In this document: piece after piece, positions 46,211-56,342 of the stretch
How the letters are laid out: each line of letters begins with the position of its first letter
Position numbering within the stretch: position 1 is the first letter of the stretch
Assembly: GCA_045803545.1 (NCBI GenBank)
Contig: JBJMOW010000005.1
Span: 1,056,001 to 1,120,000, forward strand
Length of the DNA stretch: 64,000 bases
Source of the DNA: Gemmatimonadaceae bacterium
GTDB taxonomy: Bacteria; Gemmatimonadota; Gemmatimonadetes; Gemmatimonadales; Gemmatimonadaceae
Reading direction: 5' to 3'
The notes under the pieces: generated by a model
Database searches by the model: none
The model's input: the letters and a program-made list of their open reading frames with translations, nothing else
Told to the model about the DNA's origin: nothing
Position numbers and translations under genes: made by a program

Positions 46211-47404
46211 TTACGTCACCGGAGCAGCGCGGCTGGGTGCGTATTGTTCCATCGAAGTCGTGAGGAGGAGCGTCGAAAGAACCAGCACTCCGGCGACCAC
46301 AAATGGGAAGCCAAGCCCGAGGTGGTCCATCGCGATTCCGGCGGCGAGCGGGAACACCACGCGCGACACTCCGCCGAAGGTGTGCTGGACACCCATATAG
46401 AGGCCGCGGTGCTTTTTGGGAACGACTCGCGACAACATCGCCGTCACGCATGGGAATATGAACGCAGTGCCGAGTGGCATTAGCGTCAACGCGATGGCCA
46501 GAGTGAGATAAGAATGTACCGCAGCCACCATTGCGAGCCCGCCCGATAGTAGTACGAGCCCGAGGCGTGTGAGCCGCACCTCGCCAAGCCATTCGATCAT
46601 GCGGCCAAGAATTCCGGCACGAACGATCACGCCCATGCCGCCCAGGTACATAACGAAGAAGCCGACGTTCGCCTCAGTGATCGGTAGACGGTCGGCGAGA
46701 ATCAGCGGAAGGGTCGGAGCGGTGCCATAGAACGCGCCAATACCGACCGTGTAAATCCAAATCAGACGTTGCGCCGGCTCTTTTGGTCGCGCGATTACGC
46801 TCCAGACAGCGCTGGAGCTTGTCTGGTGTGGGACTTGGAGCTCGCCGGTCGTCAATGCGTCTTCGTTCGATTCGCGGAGGTAGATACCGGCGAAAACGCT
46901 TATCAGCACGCAGAAAATCGCCGACGCGATTCCTGGAGCATGCCTTCCCCAGTGAATCAGCACCGACCCTATTGCGGGTCCGACGACAGCGCCAAGACTG
47001 GTTGCCGCCGACAACCAGCCGAGACTCTTCGCGCGGTCGTTTGGATCGCTGGCATCGGCGACATAAGCCTGAACGACTCCGATCGTCCCGCCTCCGAACC
47101 CTTGTACGACGCGGGAGATCAAGAGCAGCCAGAGTGTGCTCGAGTACGCGAATATGACGTAAGCGATCGCGGAGATGAGCAGGCCCGCGAGCAGCGCGGG
47201 CCGACGGCCGTAGCGATCTGAAAATCGTCCCCAAACCGGAGCACTGGCGAGCTGCGCGATCGAGAACGCGGCGATCAGAACGCCGACGATCGTCGCCGAT
47301 GCGCCCATTTTCGTGGCGTAGAAGGGAAGCAGCGGGATGATCATCGCCAGGCCCAGCATGTCAACGAAGGCGGTGATCATGAGGACCGTCAGCTTCCCTT
47401 TCAT
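46211..47404 (-). CDS. MFS transporter (TetA/DHA1-like)
   Basis: GRFSDRYGRRP motif A, SRVVQGFGGG, GAVVGPAIG; 12 TMs. Confidence 0.93.
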   Translation of the reverse strand: MKGKLTVLMITAFVDMLGLAMIIPLLPFYATKMGASATIVGVLIAAFSIAQLASAPVWGRFSDRYGRRPALLAGLLISAIAYVIFAYSSTLWLLLISRVVQGFGGGTIGVVQAYVADASDPNDRAKSLGWLSAATSLGAVVGPAIGSVLIHWGRHAPGIASAIFCVLISVFAGIYLRESNEDALTTGELQVPHQTSSSAVWSVIARPKEPAQRLIWIYTVGIGAFYGTAPTLPLILADRLPITEANVGFFVMYLGGMGVIVRAGILGRMIEWLGEVRLTRLGLVLLSGGLAMVAAVHSYLTLAIALTLMPLGTAFIFPCVTAMLSRVVPKKHRGLYMGVQHTFGGVSRVVFPLAAGIAMDHLGLGFPFVVAGVLVLSTLLLTTSMEQYAPSRAAPVT

Positions 47405-47405
47405 T

Positions 47406-48362
47406 TTATTTCCGCGTCACCAGCGCCGTCGCAACATCTCCAACAATCGCAAGCGACCGGGCTGAGATCTTGTCCATCGTGTCCTGCGGCGTGTGGTGCG
47501 GGGGATAAGTGAGATCGATGACGTCGATCACACGCAATCCGGCGTTGAGCAACGGGATGTGATCGTCGGTCACCAGTTGCCCGCCCTCCTGCACGAAGAT
47601 GTTGCCGTACCCAAGATCGGCGGCAGTTTGCCAAACGCGCGAAACGACTTCGGGCACCTGCTGGAAGGAGTTCATCTCGTAAGGAATTCGGAGATCCTTG
47701 TCGCCGATCATGTCCCAGAGCACCCCATATAACGGTTTGTATCCGGGGGAAGGCAAATGGTTGGCGAAGTAGTTTGATCCGATGAGAACATCCACTTCTG
47801 GCGGCCCGAAGTCGCCATAATCCTCGCCGTCAGTAAACAGCAGATCGACTCCGACGTTGGGCTTTGTCTTTTTGAGAACGTCGCCGATGGCGACAAACAT
47901 CCCGACACCGGAAGCGCCATCATTGGCCCCTGGCACGGGCATCTTCCGCTCTGCTTCCGTCGCCGCCGACTCTGAAATCGGCCGCGAATCCCAGTGGGTG
48001 AGATACAGTACCCGCTCAGTGAGCTCGGGCCGGAACCGCGCAAGGATGTTTCGGAGCGGCAGAATCTTCCCGTCTTTGGTTTTGTAGTTGAACGCCTGCA
48101 CAACTACGGTGTCGGCGCGCGTGCGCATCTGGCTGATGATCCAGTCACCAGCCTTCTTCGCGGCCGGACTGCCCGGCACGCGTGGCCCGAAATTGACCTG
48201 CGCCTTTGCGTAGTTGTACGCGGCGCTGCCACTGAATCCAGTCGTCGTCGAGCCACCTGACGTTGAATCTCCGCTCGACGCAGTCGCTGCGCTTCCCTCC
48301 TTCACATCGCGCTTGCAGCTGATGATGAAACAGAACGACAAAATAAACAGCATCAATCTCAC
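47406..48362 (-). CDS. M28 family peptidase / glutaminyl cyclase-like lipoprotein
   Basis: Lipobox-like IIS|C; FGPRVPGS, HWDSRP, GANDGASG, DGED, DMIGD, DDH.P, HHT..D. Confidence 0.9.
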   Translation of the reverse strand: MRLMLFILSFCFIISCKRDVKEGSAATASSGDSTSGGSTTTGFSGSAAYNYAKAQVNFGPRVPGSPAAKKAGDWIISQMRTRADTVVVQAFNYKTKDGKILPLRNILARFRPELTERVLYLTHWDSRPISESAATEAERKMPVPGANDGASGVGMFVAIGDVLKKTKPNVGVDLLFTDGEDYGDFGPPEVDVLIGSNYFANHLPSPGYKPLYGVLWDMIGDKDLRIPYEMNSFQQVPEVVSRVWQTAADLGYGNIFVQEGGQLVTDDHIPLLNAGLRVIDVIDLTYPPHHTPQDTMDKISARSLAIVGDVATALVTRK

Positions 48363-51300
48363 TTGAATTCCCCAGCGTAGAACTGCAGGTGCATAACCGC
48401 ACTGAGCACGGTCTGCGTGAATTGCCGGTTAAGGTTATGGTCGAAGCTCTGAACGCGCGAGATGACAAAGCTCGAAGACAGGTTCTCGGCGACATCCGTA
48501 TCGGCGCTCATGCTGAAGGCGCGCCGGCCGTTATCAGTCAGCCTGCTCTCGCCAGTCAGCGCGAGTGGATTGAAGACAAAGTTCTGTCCCTGACTCCTCT
48601 GATAGCTGACTCGGGTGCGCAGATCGCTGCGGGGTTTCCAGCTGGCCGGCAGACCCCACGGTTTGGAAACGTCAATACTGAAATCCGAGTTGTCACCGTT
48701 GCTCGTCAGACCCGGTCGATCGTCGAGACGCTTCGAGAGCGAATACCCTACGGTCGCAGATAAGGGCCGTTGCCCGACGAACACGATCGAGCCGCTCAGT
48801 GGATAGCTCCGCACCTTCATCTCCCCGCGATCGTCCACTTCCTCTCCGAACAACGGTTGAGTCCCGTTTAACTGCCGCGTCTCGAGCATGCGCGCGTTGG
48901 CGCCGAGGCTGGAGATCAACCATTGCAACCCTTTTGGCTGGCCTGCCCAGCGCAGGGAGATATCCGGGAACATCGTCTGAGTTCCATCCACGATCTCCTG
49001 GGTCTCCTGCAGCCGCCGCGTCCAGTTACGGGTGTTGATGCGCTGATAGCGCGCGGCGATCGTCGCACCGAGCGGAAGATTCACTGTCTGATTTACGGAG
49101 AACTGATTGACGAGCCCAACGCTAGTCGCGAGCTCGTCACCAATCCGCCGGAATCCGTTCACGCCGCCGAGTCCGAACTGATACAGGAGCGAGGCACCCG
49201 CAGCGCTCCCGTCGTAAACGGAAAGAATGCTGCGGTTGAAATTCAGGTCGAGCGGCTGCAGGCCGCCGAGCAAGCCGCGCATAAAACTGTTGCTGTCCGT
49301 ATGGAGTTTGATTGCACGCGGCAAATCGAGCGTCAGTCCCGCCGTCGTCGTCTGAGAATTACCCAGCCGGCGCGGAATCCGTAGCGCTCCGGTGCTATCG
49401 CCTTCGCGCGCAAAGTCGAGCGTGTTTGGATCACGCAGCATGTTGTACGACGTGCCGAAGTCGAGTCGCGGCCGGAACCACGCGGTGATCGGTGGCGAGA
49501 TGTTGATGCCCGCCTGCATCGCCCGCTCCCGCTCCAGTCCTGCATCGCCGCCGAGGATGCGATCACGATCGCTCGTTGCAACGAGCCCCAGGGGCGAATC
49601 GGTGCCATAACCACGGAGGTCGCGAACTGATGTGATGTCCCACCGTACCGACGCGGCCTTGAACGGCTGGAAGACGAGACTGCTACCATTGCGCCAACTT
49701 CGCGTACGGCCTTTCACCAGCCGCGCTGAGTCATCGGCTGCCAATGCTGGCTTGAGGAACGACGAGCGGTCGTCATGACCGTTGGTGTAGGCCGACGTGA
49801 TGTGAATCTCCGTCGGCGACCAGCGCCCGAGATCCGGCAGCAAGGCGCGCGACAAGTTGAAGTCGAGACCGACGACGAAGTTCTTGGCCTTGCCGTCCTG
49901 ATATTCGCTGCGGGAGACGCCGGTGGTGTACGAGGAGCTCAGAGCCAGATTGTTCAGGATGGGCGACCAGAAGGATCCCGTCGACTGTTTCGTGCGTCGC
50001 AGTCCAAACGTGACCGATGCAGCCGCCGATCGAGGCGTTCGCAGTCCTTCGATCGCATCACCCTGGATGTCCGACTGCGAGACGAAGAGCGGTTGCTCGG
50101 ACGCCGAGGTGTAGTTGACGGTGAATGGCATCGAGATGCCGAGCGAAGCGGGCAGCAATTTTTCCAGCCGGAACGCAGAGCTCAGATCCCAGTTATTGTC
50201 GGTCAGATAGGTTGGAGCTTCCGCGAGTTGCCGGAAATTCGGGTCGCGCCTGCTGACATTGACGCGAATGTCGGCGAAGTCACTCGCCGTGATTGTCAGG
50301 CCCGCCTCGCCGGCAAAGCCGGTCGCGTTCACGACGCCAGCGAGTCGAATGTCATCGACCCACAGCTCGAGGGTGTCGCTTGGAATGACTGGACTGGCGC
50401 CGGGAGGAACCGGCAGCCGCATCATGCCCACCGCCAACTCCTGCACCGCTGCCAGATTGGGAGGACTGGTTCCCGGATCGGTGGTGTACACGACGTAGCC
50501 GCTGTCGCACGCGGCATAACGCGAAGCAGCGGTCGCCCCTGCGGGTAACGGCGTGTTTGCGATCATTACCGAGTCGATTCCGTTGCAGCTGTTACGCTGT
50601 CCGCCCTGCAGATATGCGTTTTGGATCCTGGCGCGCAATGCGAACAATCGGGAGAAGTCGACCGTGATCTCCGGCAACCACGCTGCCTTCGAGGTGCCCG
50701 AGTTGATCGGCGTGCGATACATGTAAAAGTTGTTGGCGTCGCGCGCGATCTTGATGTAGAACTGCAGCTCGCCGTCCATTCCCCAGCCGCTGCTCACGCC
50801 ACGCGCCCACACACGCAGCTGCTTGTAGGTCATGAAGTTCTTTTCGCCTTCGGGGAATCGGTAATAGGATTCCGCCCGATCCAGCGGCGCGAGATCAGTG
50901 ACCAGCAATCGCAGCGAACGCTCGTTGATTTGCACGCGACCGGGTTGGAACGCGACGGTCTTGCTGGTCGGCGCGTCAGTCACTCCCGGCGGAGACTCGT
51001 AGTCGATCCCGGCGCGCACGCGCTTGTCCTGAGTGCCGACGACGCCGGACTGGACGAAGCCGGTCGACGTTTGATCGTCCGCGATTCCGTGAAGGGTGTG
51101 ATCGCTGACCTTGAGCCATGGCGCGCCGGTGAGGCGCAAGCGCGCTAAAGGGACGGTGCTGAAATCGTTGTCGCCTTCGGCATCCCCGGAAATCATGGTG
51201 ACGCGCAGGGCCCGCGCCCGTCGCAGCAGGGGATGGCCGAGCGAGTCGTCAGGCGTGCCGAACGGAACGCGGAAGAACACCCAGCAGACGTTGTTGCGTG

Positions 51301-54300
51301 GGCCAGTTGGCTGACCCGTTAGCTGCGGTGGTGGCCCGCACTGACCCAACCGAGTGCGCTTCGTCGGATCGGCGAGATTGACTACGTAGCGGTACCACTG
51401 CTCCTGGTCACGCTCGGCTGTAGTCAGGTTGAGAACGTTGTCGGCGTCGATGTCCTCCTCGTCCAACCGATTGTTGTTGATTGTGCAATCCACTTTGGCA
51501 TCGCCGAGTATCTGACGGATGCCGTATCCTCCCCGGCATGTGCGCGCGAATCGCACCGTCGTAAAAGTGGGAGCACGCCCCGGCACCGTATCGATTTCGA
51601 TCACCAGGGAATCCATCACGTCGCCGGGCAAGCCGTTGTCGTTGGACGAAACGTTGAAGGCGCGGGAGAATGGATCACGCTCGCTATTCAGAGTGTCGAG
51701 GCCCTGAATTCCTTTGCTGTGCCACGACGAATCGATCTGCCCCGGCAGTGTGCCGAGTCGAATGATCAGTGTGTCGGGACCGAAAGACACCGAGTTCTCG
51801 GAGATTTCACCAAAGTCGAAGACGAGGATCGGATTCTTCGCCTGATCGGCGCCCGTGGGGATCTGCGCCCAGAACTCCAGGTTCTCGGCGTGCGAGATGT
51901 CGACGCCGCTCGGATTCAACACTGTTCTGATCGAGCGCCACCGGCGCCCAGCCGGTGCATTCGGAAGTGTCCACAGGAATCGACCGCTGGAAGGATCGAG
52001 CTGACCGCCGATGCTGAGCGGATAAAGAGTCAGCCACAGCAAAGACTCGGGGCCTGAAGGGCCGACGCCGCTCTGTGTAATTGCGGTGTCGATCTTGTCG
52101 ATGCTGTAGGTGACCGGCGTACCGTTCGCGTCAGCGCCATTACTCTGCCACGCCATCGTGGTCGCACGATTGAGATCGAACACGCCGGCGCCGAATCTCG
52201 CCGGTATTCTCGTTCCCAGCGCGGGCTGACTACTGAAATACCACTGCGGATCGTTGAGCGAGATCGGTAATCCGCCTTCCCCCTCGAAGGATTCGAGGTA
52301 CGCCTGCTGGGATTTATTGGTTTGGGGACGACTGGCAGCCAGCTCCGCCGAGAAAGCGATGCGCGACGGAACCGACGTCGGCCCATAAGGAAGTTTGGAA
52401 ACGAGACTGGTAAGAGCATCGGGCTCGAAGTTGAACAGCGCACTGACGCCGGCAACCAGTGAAGCAGACGGCTCGAAGCCGAGTGGAGGTCTCGTGAAGT
52501 TGGTGTGCTGGCTCTGCGAGATCGCCGTGAAATTCAGCTGGCCGTTGGTGAAGGGCAGCTCGGCGGTGGCGCCCAGAATCGATGTTGGGGTTTCCTCGAA
52601 CACCGGATTCTCTTCGTACTGCACCATCACTTGTCGCGGTCTGGGGAACAGCGTGTCGGGGCGATTGAACGAGACTCGGCCGAGATCGTAATCGACCGAG
52701 TAATCGGTGCCTCGAGTGAGAGAGATTCCGTCCACGAGCAGCCGCTCCGAATTCGGGCGGATCTGCACTGTGCCTAGCATTAACGCTCCACCGTCACCGC
52801 TCCCTTCAGACTGGGCGCGAAGCCGGATGTGATAGACCGCTTCGGGCCGCTGCGCAGACCGGACGTACTCGGGCGGCGTGGTGTAGATCGTATCGTTGGT
52901 TGGATTTCCCGCGACCGCGAGCCCAGTCGATGCGAATGGTTTCGCTGAAGGGAAAATCAGGAATTGATCCTGAATGGTGTGCGCGCCCGGGGAGCCGAGA
53001 CTCAATTCGAAGTTTGGATCGGTGGGCCGCGGCCAGATTCGATTCTCGAGATCGAAGCTCGAGCTATTGGTCGCCTGGGCGAGTCCGAACAGCTTGAGAT
53101 AGGTGTCGGCATTTCCAGCGACCGGCTTCTCCTGATCCTCGCTGCTGCCGGTGACGATTTTGAGAATCACGCTCTGACGGCGCAGATCCGATCCGCCGAG
53201 GCGATAGACACTGCGAATCTCCCGATCGAAAGCCGGGTCGCCGGGTTGCACGTCAGGACCCCAGATCAGATTCGCGAACTGGTCGCGATTCGGAGTGAAC
53301 TGCAGATCTGGCGTGCCGCCCGTGCTCACGAAGGTGGTGTCGCGACCATTGATCCGCACCCGATACGCCACGACGAGCCGTTCGTTGTTGAGAGCGAGCG
53401 GGCGCACCAGCGCGATCCACAGCAGCGATGGATCGGCGTAGTAGTCGACGCCTTCGCGCAAATATTCGTAGACCTGTCCCCGACGTGATCTGGGATTGCC
53501 GATCAGCCGGAACTGTGGTCCATTCGGGTTGGGCGGCTGGCCGCCGATCAATAACCGATAAAGAAAGATTTTCGTCGGACGCAACGTGTCGGGCAGCGAC
53601 GCGGCGAGCGCAGACATCCGTCGGGTGTCGAGGATGTCGATGTTCGGATAAGCGCCGGCGAACAGCCGCGGATTAACAGTGAAGAAAAATCGGCGGGGCT
53701 CGAATTGGTAATCTTCGATCTTCCGATCGATTGCCTGGAGTGTGCGATCACCGACAGTGAAGATCCGATCACGAACGACGTTGCCCTTCTGCTGGGCGAG
53801 GATGGTCTTGACGCGCAGCGATCCGATTTTGGTGAGCGCCTGAACGCCGTAATTCCCGCTTGGAATGCCCGCAGTTATGTAGCGCGAAGCCGGCGGCTGG
53901 AAAGCGACGTTGCCGACTTCGAGGCGCTGCATGAACTGGCTCGGCTTCCCCTCGTAGTAAATCGAGATGTTGTTCGATGCGTCGAACTCGCGCTGCGTAT
54001 CGTAGTCGACGTTGACGTGGACGCGGTCGGCGACGATGCCTCCCGACTTGGCGGCGAATTGAAAGTCCACCTGTGGCAGCGGCTCGAAGGTGCTCCGACA
54101 GTTGGTGGATGGATCGAACAGGAACGTCGACGAGCAAACCGCGGTCTGAGTCTTCTCGTTACGGAACTCGAGCCGGCCATCCAGCTGTAAGCCCAGATCG
54201 GCGTATTCGCCGATGATCGGCAGCGGCTTTGTCGGAACAGTCGGCTTCGGCTTTGGCGGCAGCTCACCGGGAAACGAAGGCGATGGTGTCGCAGTGGCAA

Positions 54301-54721
54301 AGTTGCTGGTGGCGATTTCACCCCACACAGCCTGCATGATCGTGCGCATATTCTGCTGAAAGGCCGTTGCGCGCGCGGCATCGATCTGCGCCTGTGCCTG
54401 ACGGAAAGCTTCGCGATCGCTTCGCGAAACTACTGACGGCAGAATGAGCGGCAGTGTGTCACGACCCAGGCGCAGGCGTGGAATGCCCGGGGCACCAGGG
54501 GTACCTGTGGGGGGCGATGCCGGCGGTGCGGGGGTGACCTTGCGTGTGGTATCGCGCGGATCCTGCGCGTGCGCCGGCCGCGTCGTCAACAGCAGCGAAA
54601 CGCTGACGAGCAGGATTAGATGCTGAAGCGTGGAACTCGTTGTCTGCGTGCCGCTTACCCACGAGCGCACGGTATATTTCACCCTGTGAAGCTTCGCCCG
54701 GCAGTCTGCCTTTTCCCACAT
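48359..54721 (-). CDS. sprA: SprA/Sov-like very large outer-membrane protein (T9SS translocon homologue); true start probably 54.6-54.7 kb
   Basis: About 2100 aa; VNVDYDTQREFD..NNI...YEG, LEVGNV.F, L.RG.DY.VDY..G.V, AYLESFEG, LDEEDID, LWVDDIRL, amphipathic C-terminal strands; recognised by eye. Confidence 0.75.
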   Translation of the reverse strand: MWEKADCRAKLHRVKYTVRSWVSGTQTTSSTLQHLILLVSVSLLLTTRPAHAQDPRDTTRKVTPAPPASPPTGTPGAPGIPRLRLGRDTLPLILPSVVSRSDREAFRQAQAQIDAARATAFQQNMRTIMQAVWGEIATSNFATATPSPSFPGELPPKPKPTVPTKPLPIIGEYADLGLQLDGRLEFRNEKTQTAVCSSTFLFDPSTNCRSTFEPLPQVDFQFAAKSGGIVADRVHVNVDYDTQREFDASNNISIYYEGKPSQFMQRLEVGNVAFQPPASRYITAGIPSGNYGVQALTKIGSLRVKTILAQQKGNVVRDRIFTVGDRTLQAIDRKIEDYQFEPRRFFFTVNPRLFAGAYPNIDILDTRRMSALAASLPDTLRPTKIFLYRLLIGGQPPNPNGPQFRLIGNPRSRRGQVYEYLREGVDYYADPSLLWIALVRPLALNNERLVVAYRVRINGRDTTFVSTGGTPDLQFTPNRDQFANLIWGPDVQPGDPAFDREIRSVYRLGGSDLRRQSVILKIVTGSSEDQEKPVAGNADTYLKLFGLAQATNSSSFDLENRIWPRPTDPNFELSLGSPGAHTIQDQFLIFPSAKPFASTGLAVAGNPTNDTIYTTPPEYVRSAQRPEAVYHIRLRAQSEGSGDGGALMLGTVQIRPNSERLLVDGISLTRGTDYSVDYDLGRVSFNRPDTLFPRPRQVMVQYEENPVFEETPTSILGATAELPFTNGQLNFTAISQSQHTNFTRPPLGFEPSASLVAGVSALFNFEPDALTSLVSKLPYGPTSVPSRIAFSAELAASRPQTNKSQQAYLESFEGEGGLPISLNDPQWYFSSQPALGTRIPARFGAGVFDLNRATTMAWQSNGADANGTPVTYSIDKIDTAITQSGVGPSGPESLLWLTLYPLSIGGQLDPSSGRFLWTLPNAPAGRRWRSIRTVLNPSGVDISHAENLEFWAQIPTGADQAKNPILVFDFGEISENSVSFGPDTLIIRLGTLPGQIDSSWHSKGIQGLDTLNSERDPFSRAFNVSSNDNGLPGDVMDSLVIEIDTVPGRAPTFTTVRFARTCRGGYGIRQILGDAKVDCTINNNRLDEEDIDADNVLNLTTAERDQEQWYRYVVNLADPTKRTRLGQCGPPPQLTGQPTGPRNNVCWVFFRVPFGTPDDSLGHPLLRRARALRVTMISGDAEGDNDFSTVPLARLRLTGAPWLKVSDHTLHGIADDQTSTGFVQSGVVGTQDKRVRAGIDYESPPGVTDAPTSKTVAFQPGRVQINERSLRLLVTDLAPLDRAESYYRFPEGEKNFMTYKQLRVWARGVSSGWGMDGELQFYIKIARDANNFYMYRTPINSGTSKAAWLPEITVDFSRLFALRARIQNAYLQGGQRNSCNGIDSVMIANTPLPAGATAASRYAACDSGYVVYTTDPGTSPPNLAAVQELAVGMMRLPVPPGASPVIPSDTLELWVDDIRLAGVVNATGFAGEAGLTITASDFADIRVNVSRRDPNFRQLAEAPTYLTDNNWDLSSAFRLEKLLPASLGISMPFTVNYTSASEQPLFVSQSDIQGDAIEGLRTPRSAAASVTFGLRRTKQSTGSFWSPILNNLALSSSYTTGVSRSEYQDGKAKNFVVGLDFNLSRALLPDLGRWSPTEIHITSAYTNGHDDRSSFLKPALAADDSARLVKGRTRSWRNGSSLVFQPFKAASVRWDITSVRDLRGYGTDSPLGLVATSDRDRILGGDAGLERERAMQAGINISPPITAWFRPRLDFGTSYNMLRDPNTLDFAREGDSTGALRIPRRLGNSQTTTAGLTLDLPRAIKLHTDSNSFMRGLLGGLQPLDLNFNRSILSVYDGSAAGASLLYQFGLGGVNGFRRIGDELATSVGLVNQFSVNQTVNLPLGATIAARYQRINTRNWTRRLQETQEIVDGTQTMFPDISLRWAGQPKGLQWLISSLGANARMLETRQLNGTQPLFGEEVDDRGEMKVRSYPLSGSIVFVGQRPLSATVGYSLSKRLDDRPGLTSNGDNSDFSIDVSKPWGLPASWKPRSDLRTRVSYQRSQGQNFVFNPLALTGESRLTDNGRRAFSMSADTDVAENLSSSFVISRVQSFDHNLNRQFTQTVLSAVMHLQFYAGEFK

Positions 54722-54726
54722 CTATA

Positions 54727-56337
54727 GTGAAGATACTGCACCGGTACGTGCTGAAGGAACATGTGGGTCCGCTGACATTTGCCCTTACGGCGCTGACCTC
54801 CATCCTCCTTTTGCAATACATCGGTAAGCATTTCGGCGAGCTGGTGGGAAAAGGATTGCCCACCTTCGTGATCGCCGAGTTTTTTGCGCTGTCGATTCCA
54901 CTGACGGTGGCGCTGACCCTTCCAATGGCCGTGTTGGTCGCGACGCTCTACGCGTTCAGCCGGCTGGCCGCCGAAAATGAAATCACCGCGCTCAAGGCAA
55001 GCGGTGTCAGTCTGGTCAGTGTGCTCAAGCCCGTATTGTGGGCGGCGGTCGGCGTGACATTCGTGATGATCGCGTTCAACGATCAGCTCCTGGCCCGATC
55101 GAATCACAAGCTGGCAGTGCTCCAGCGCGACATCGCCCAGAAAAAGCCGACGTTCGGCTTGCGCGAGCAGGTGATCAATGAAGTCAGCCCCGGCAAGTTT
55201 TACCTCCGCGCCGGACATATCGACGAATCGTCGAATCTGATGCGCGAGGTGACGATCTACGACATGGCTGACCCGGCCGTGAAGCGGACCATTTACGCCG
55301 ACAGCGGCAACATGCGGATGGTCCACAACATGTCGGACCTGGAGCTGTTGCTTTACCACGGCAACACAGAAGACGTCCCGACCACCAATGCGGGGGAGCT
55401 TCGTCGGCTCTACTTCGACGTCGACCTGGTAAGAGTGAAAGGCGTCGGCAATCAATTCCAGAAGACCACCGCGGATTCGTACAAGAGCGATCGCGAGATG
55501 ACCGTTTGCGAGATGCAGCAGGCCCAGGACCGCGCCCGTCGCGATCACGAGCTCGCGCGCCGGGAGTTCATGCAGCGCATCCCCGAAATAAAGGGAATGA
55601 AGACAATTCTCGCCGAGGATCTGCTCAAGGCCAAACTGGATGTACCCTGGGACGTGGGGCTGGGCAGGGCTTACTGCAAGCTGTTCTCGTTTCTAACGCC
55701 GAAAACCGCGCAGGCGCAGGGCGTGTCGGATACGCCGCGTGCTGTAGTCGCCAAGCAGAATGCATCCAGCACTTCGATTCGAGCTCCAATAACGACGGCG
55801 CAGATTCCGGTGCCGGCGAGGAGACCGCCAAATCCGGTACCGACGACCGGTCAGGCAACACCGCCACCAGCCGTGGACGCCGTCGCCCTCTCACAGCTCG
55901 AGGGCTTGCGCCTGCGGCTGATCGACAGCTCACAACTCATGAACTCCTATGGCGTGGAGATTCACAAAAAGTTTGCGCTCGCCGTCGCCTGCTTCGTGTT
56001 CGTGCTGCTCGGCGCGCCGATCGCGCTGCGCTTCCCGCGGGGGGGCGTTGGGCTGACGATCGGCGTGAGCCTGTTCGTGTTCGCGCTGTACTACGTCTGC
56101 CTGATCGCAGGTGAGTCGATCGCGAAGCGCGGGATGATGCCCGCCGTCATCTCGATGTGGATGGCGAATGTGATCTTCGCGCTGATCGCGCTGTGGCTGT
56201 TGTCAAGGATGGGCAAGGAAGGCAGCACCTCACGCGGCGGCGACATGCGGGAGATGATCGGCACCATCAGAGGCGCCGTTCGCTCGAAGCTGGGTTGGAA
56301 GGATCGCCGAGTACAGCGGGAGCGAATGGCCGCTTGA
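54727..56337 (+). CDS. lptF: LptF/LptG family permease (LptF)
   Basis: KILHRYVLKE, LPMAVLVA.L.AFSRLAAENEITALKASGVS, EIHKKFALAVAC, W.ANVI; GTG start. Confidence 0.88.
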   Translation: MKILHRYVLKEHVGPLTFALTALTSILLLQYIGKHFGELVGKGLPTFVIAEFFALSIPLTVALTLPMAVLVATLYAFSRLAAENEITALKASGVSLVSVLKPVLWAAVGVTFVMIAFNDQLLARSNHKLAVLQRDIAQKKPTFGLREQVINEVSPGKFYLRAGHIDESSNLMREVTIYDMADPAVKRTIYADSGNMRMVHNMSDLELLLYHGNTEDVPTTNAGELRRLYFDVDLVRVKGVGNQFQKTTADSYKSDREMTVCEMQQAQDRARRDHELARREFMQRIPEIKGMKTILAEDLLKAKLDVPWDVGLGRAYCKLFSFLTPKTAQAQGVSDTPRAVVAKQNASSTSIRAPITTAQIPVPARRPPNPVPTTGQATPPPAVDAVALSQLEGLRLRLIDSSQLMNSYGVEIHKKFALAVACFVFVLLGAPIALRFPRGGVGLTIGVSLFVFALYYVCLIAGESIAKRGMMPAVISMWMANVIFALIALWLLSRMGKEGSTSRGGDMREMIGTIRGAVRSKLGWKDRRVQRERMAA

Positions 56338-56342
56338 AGAAA

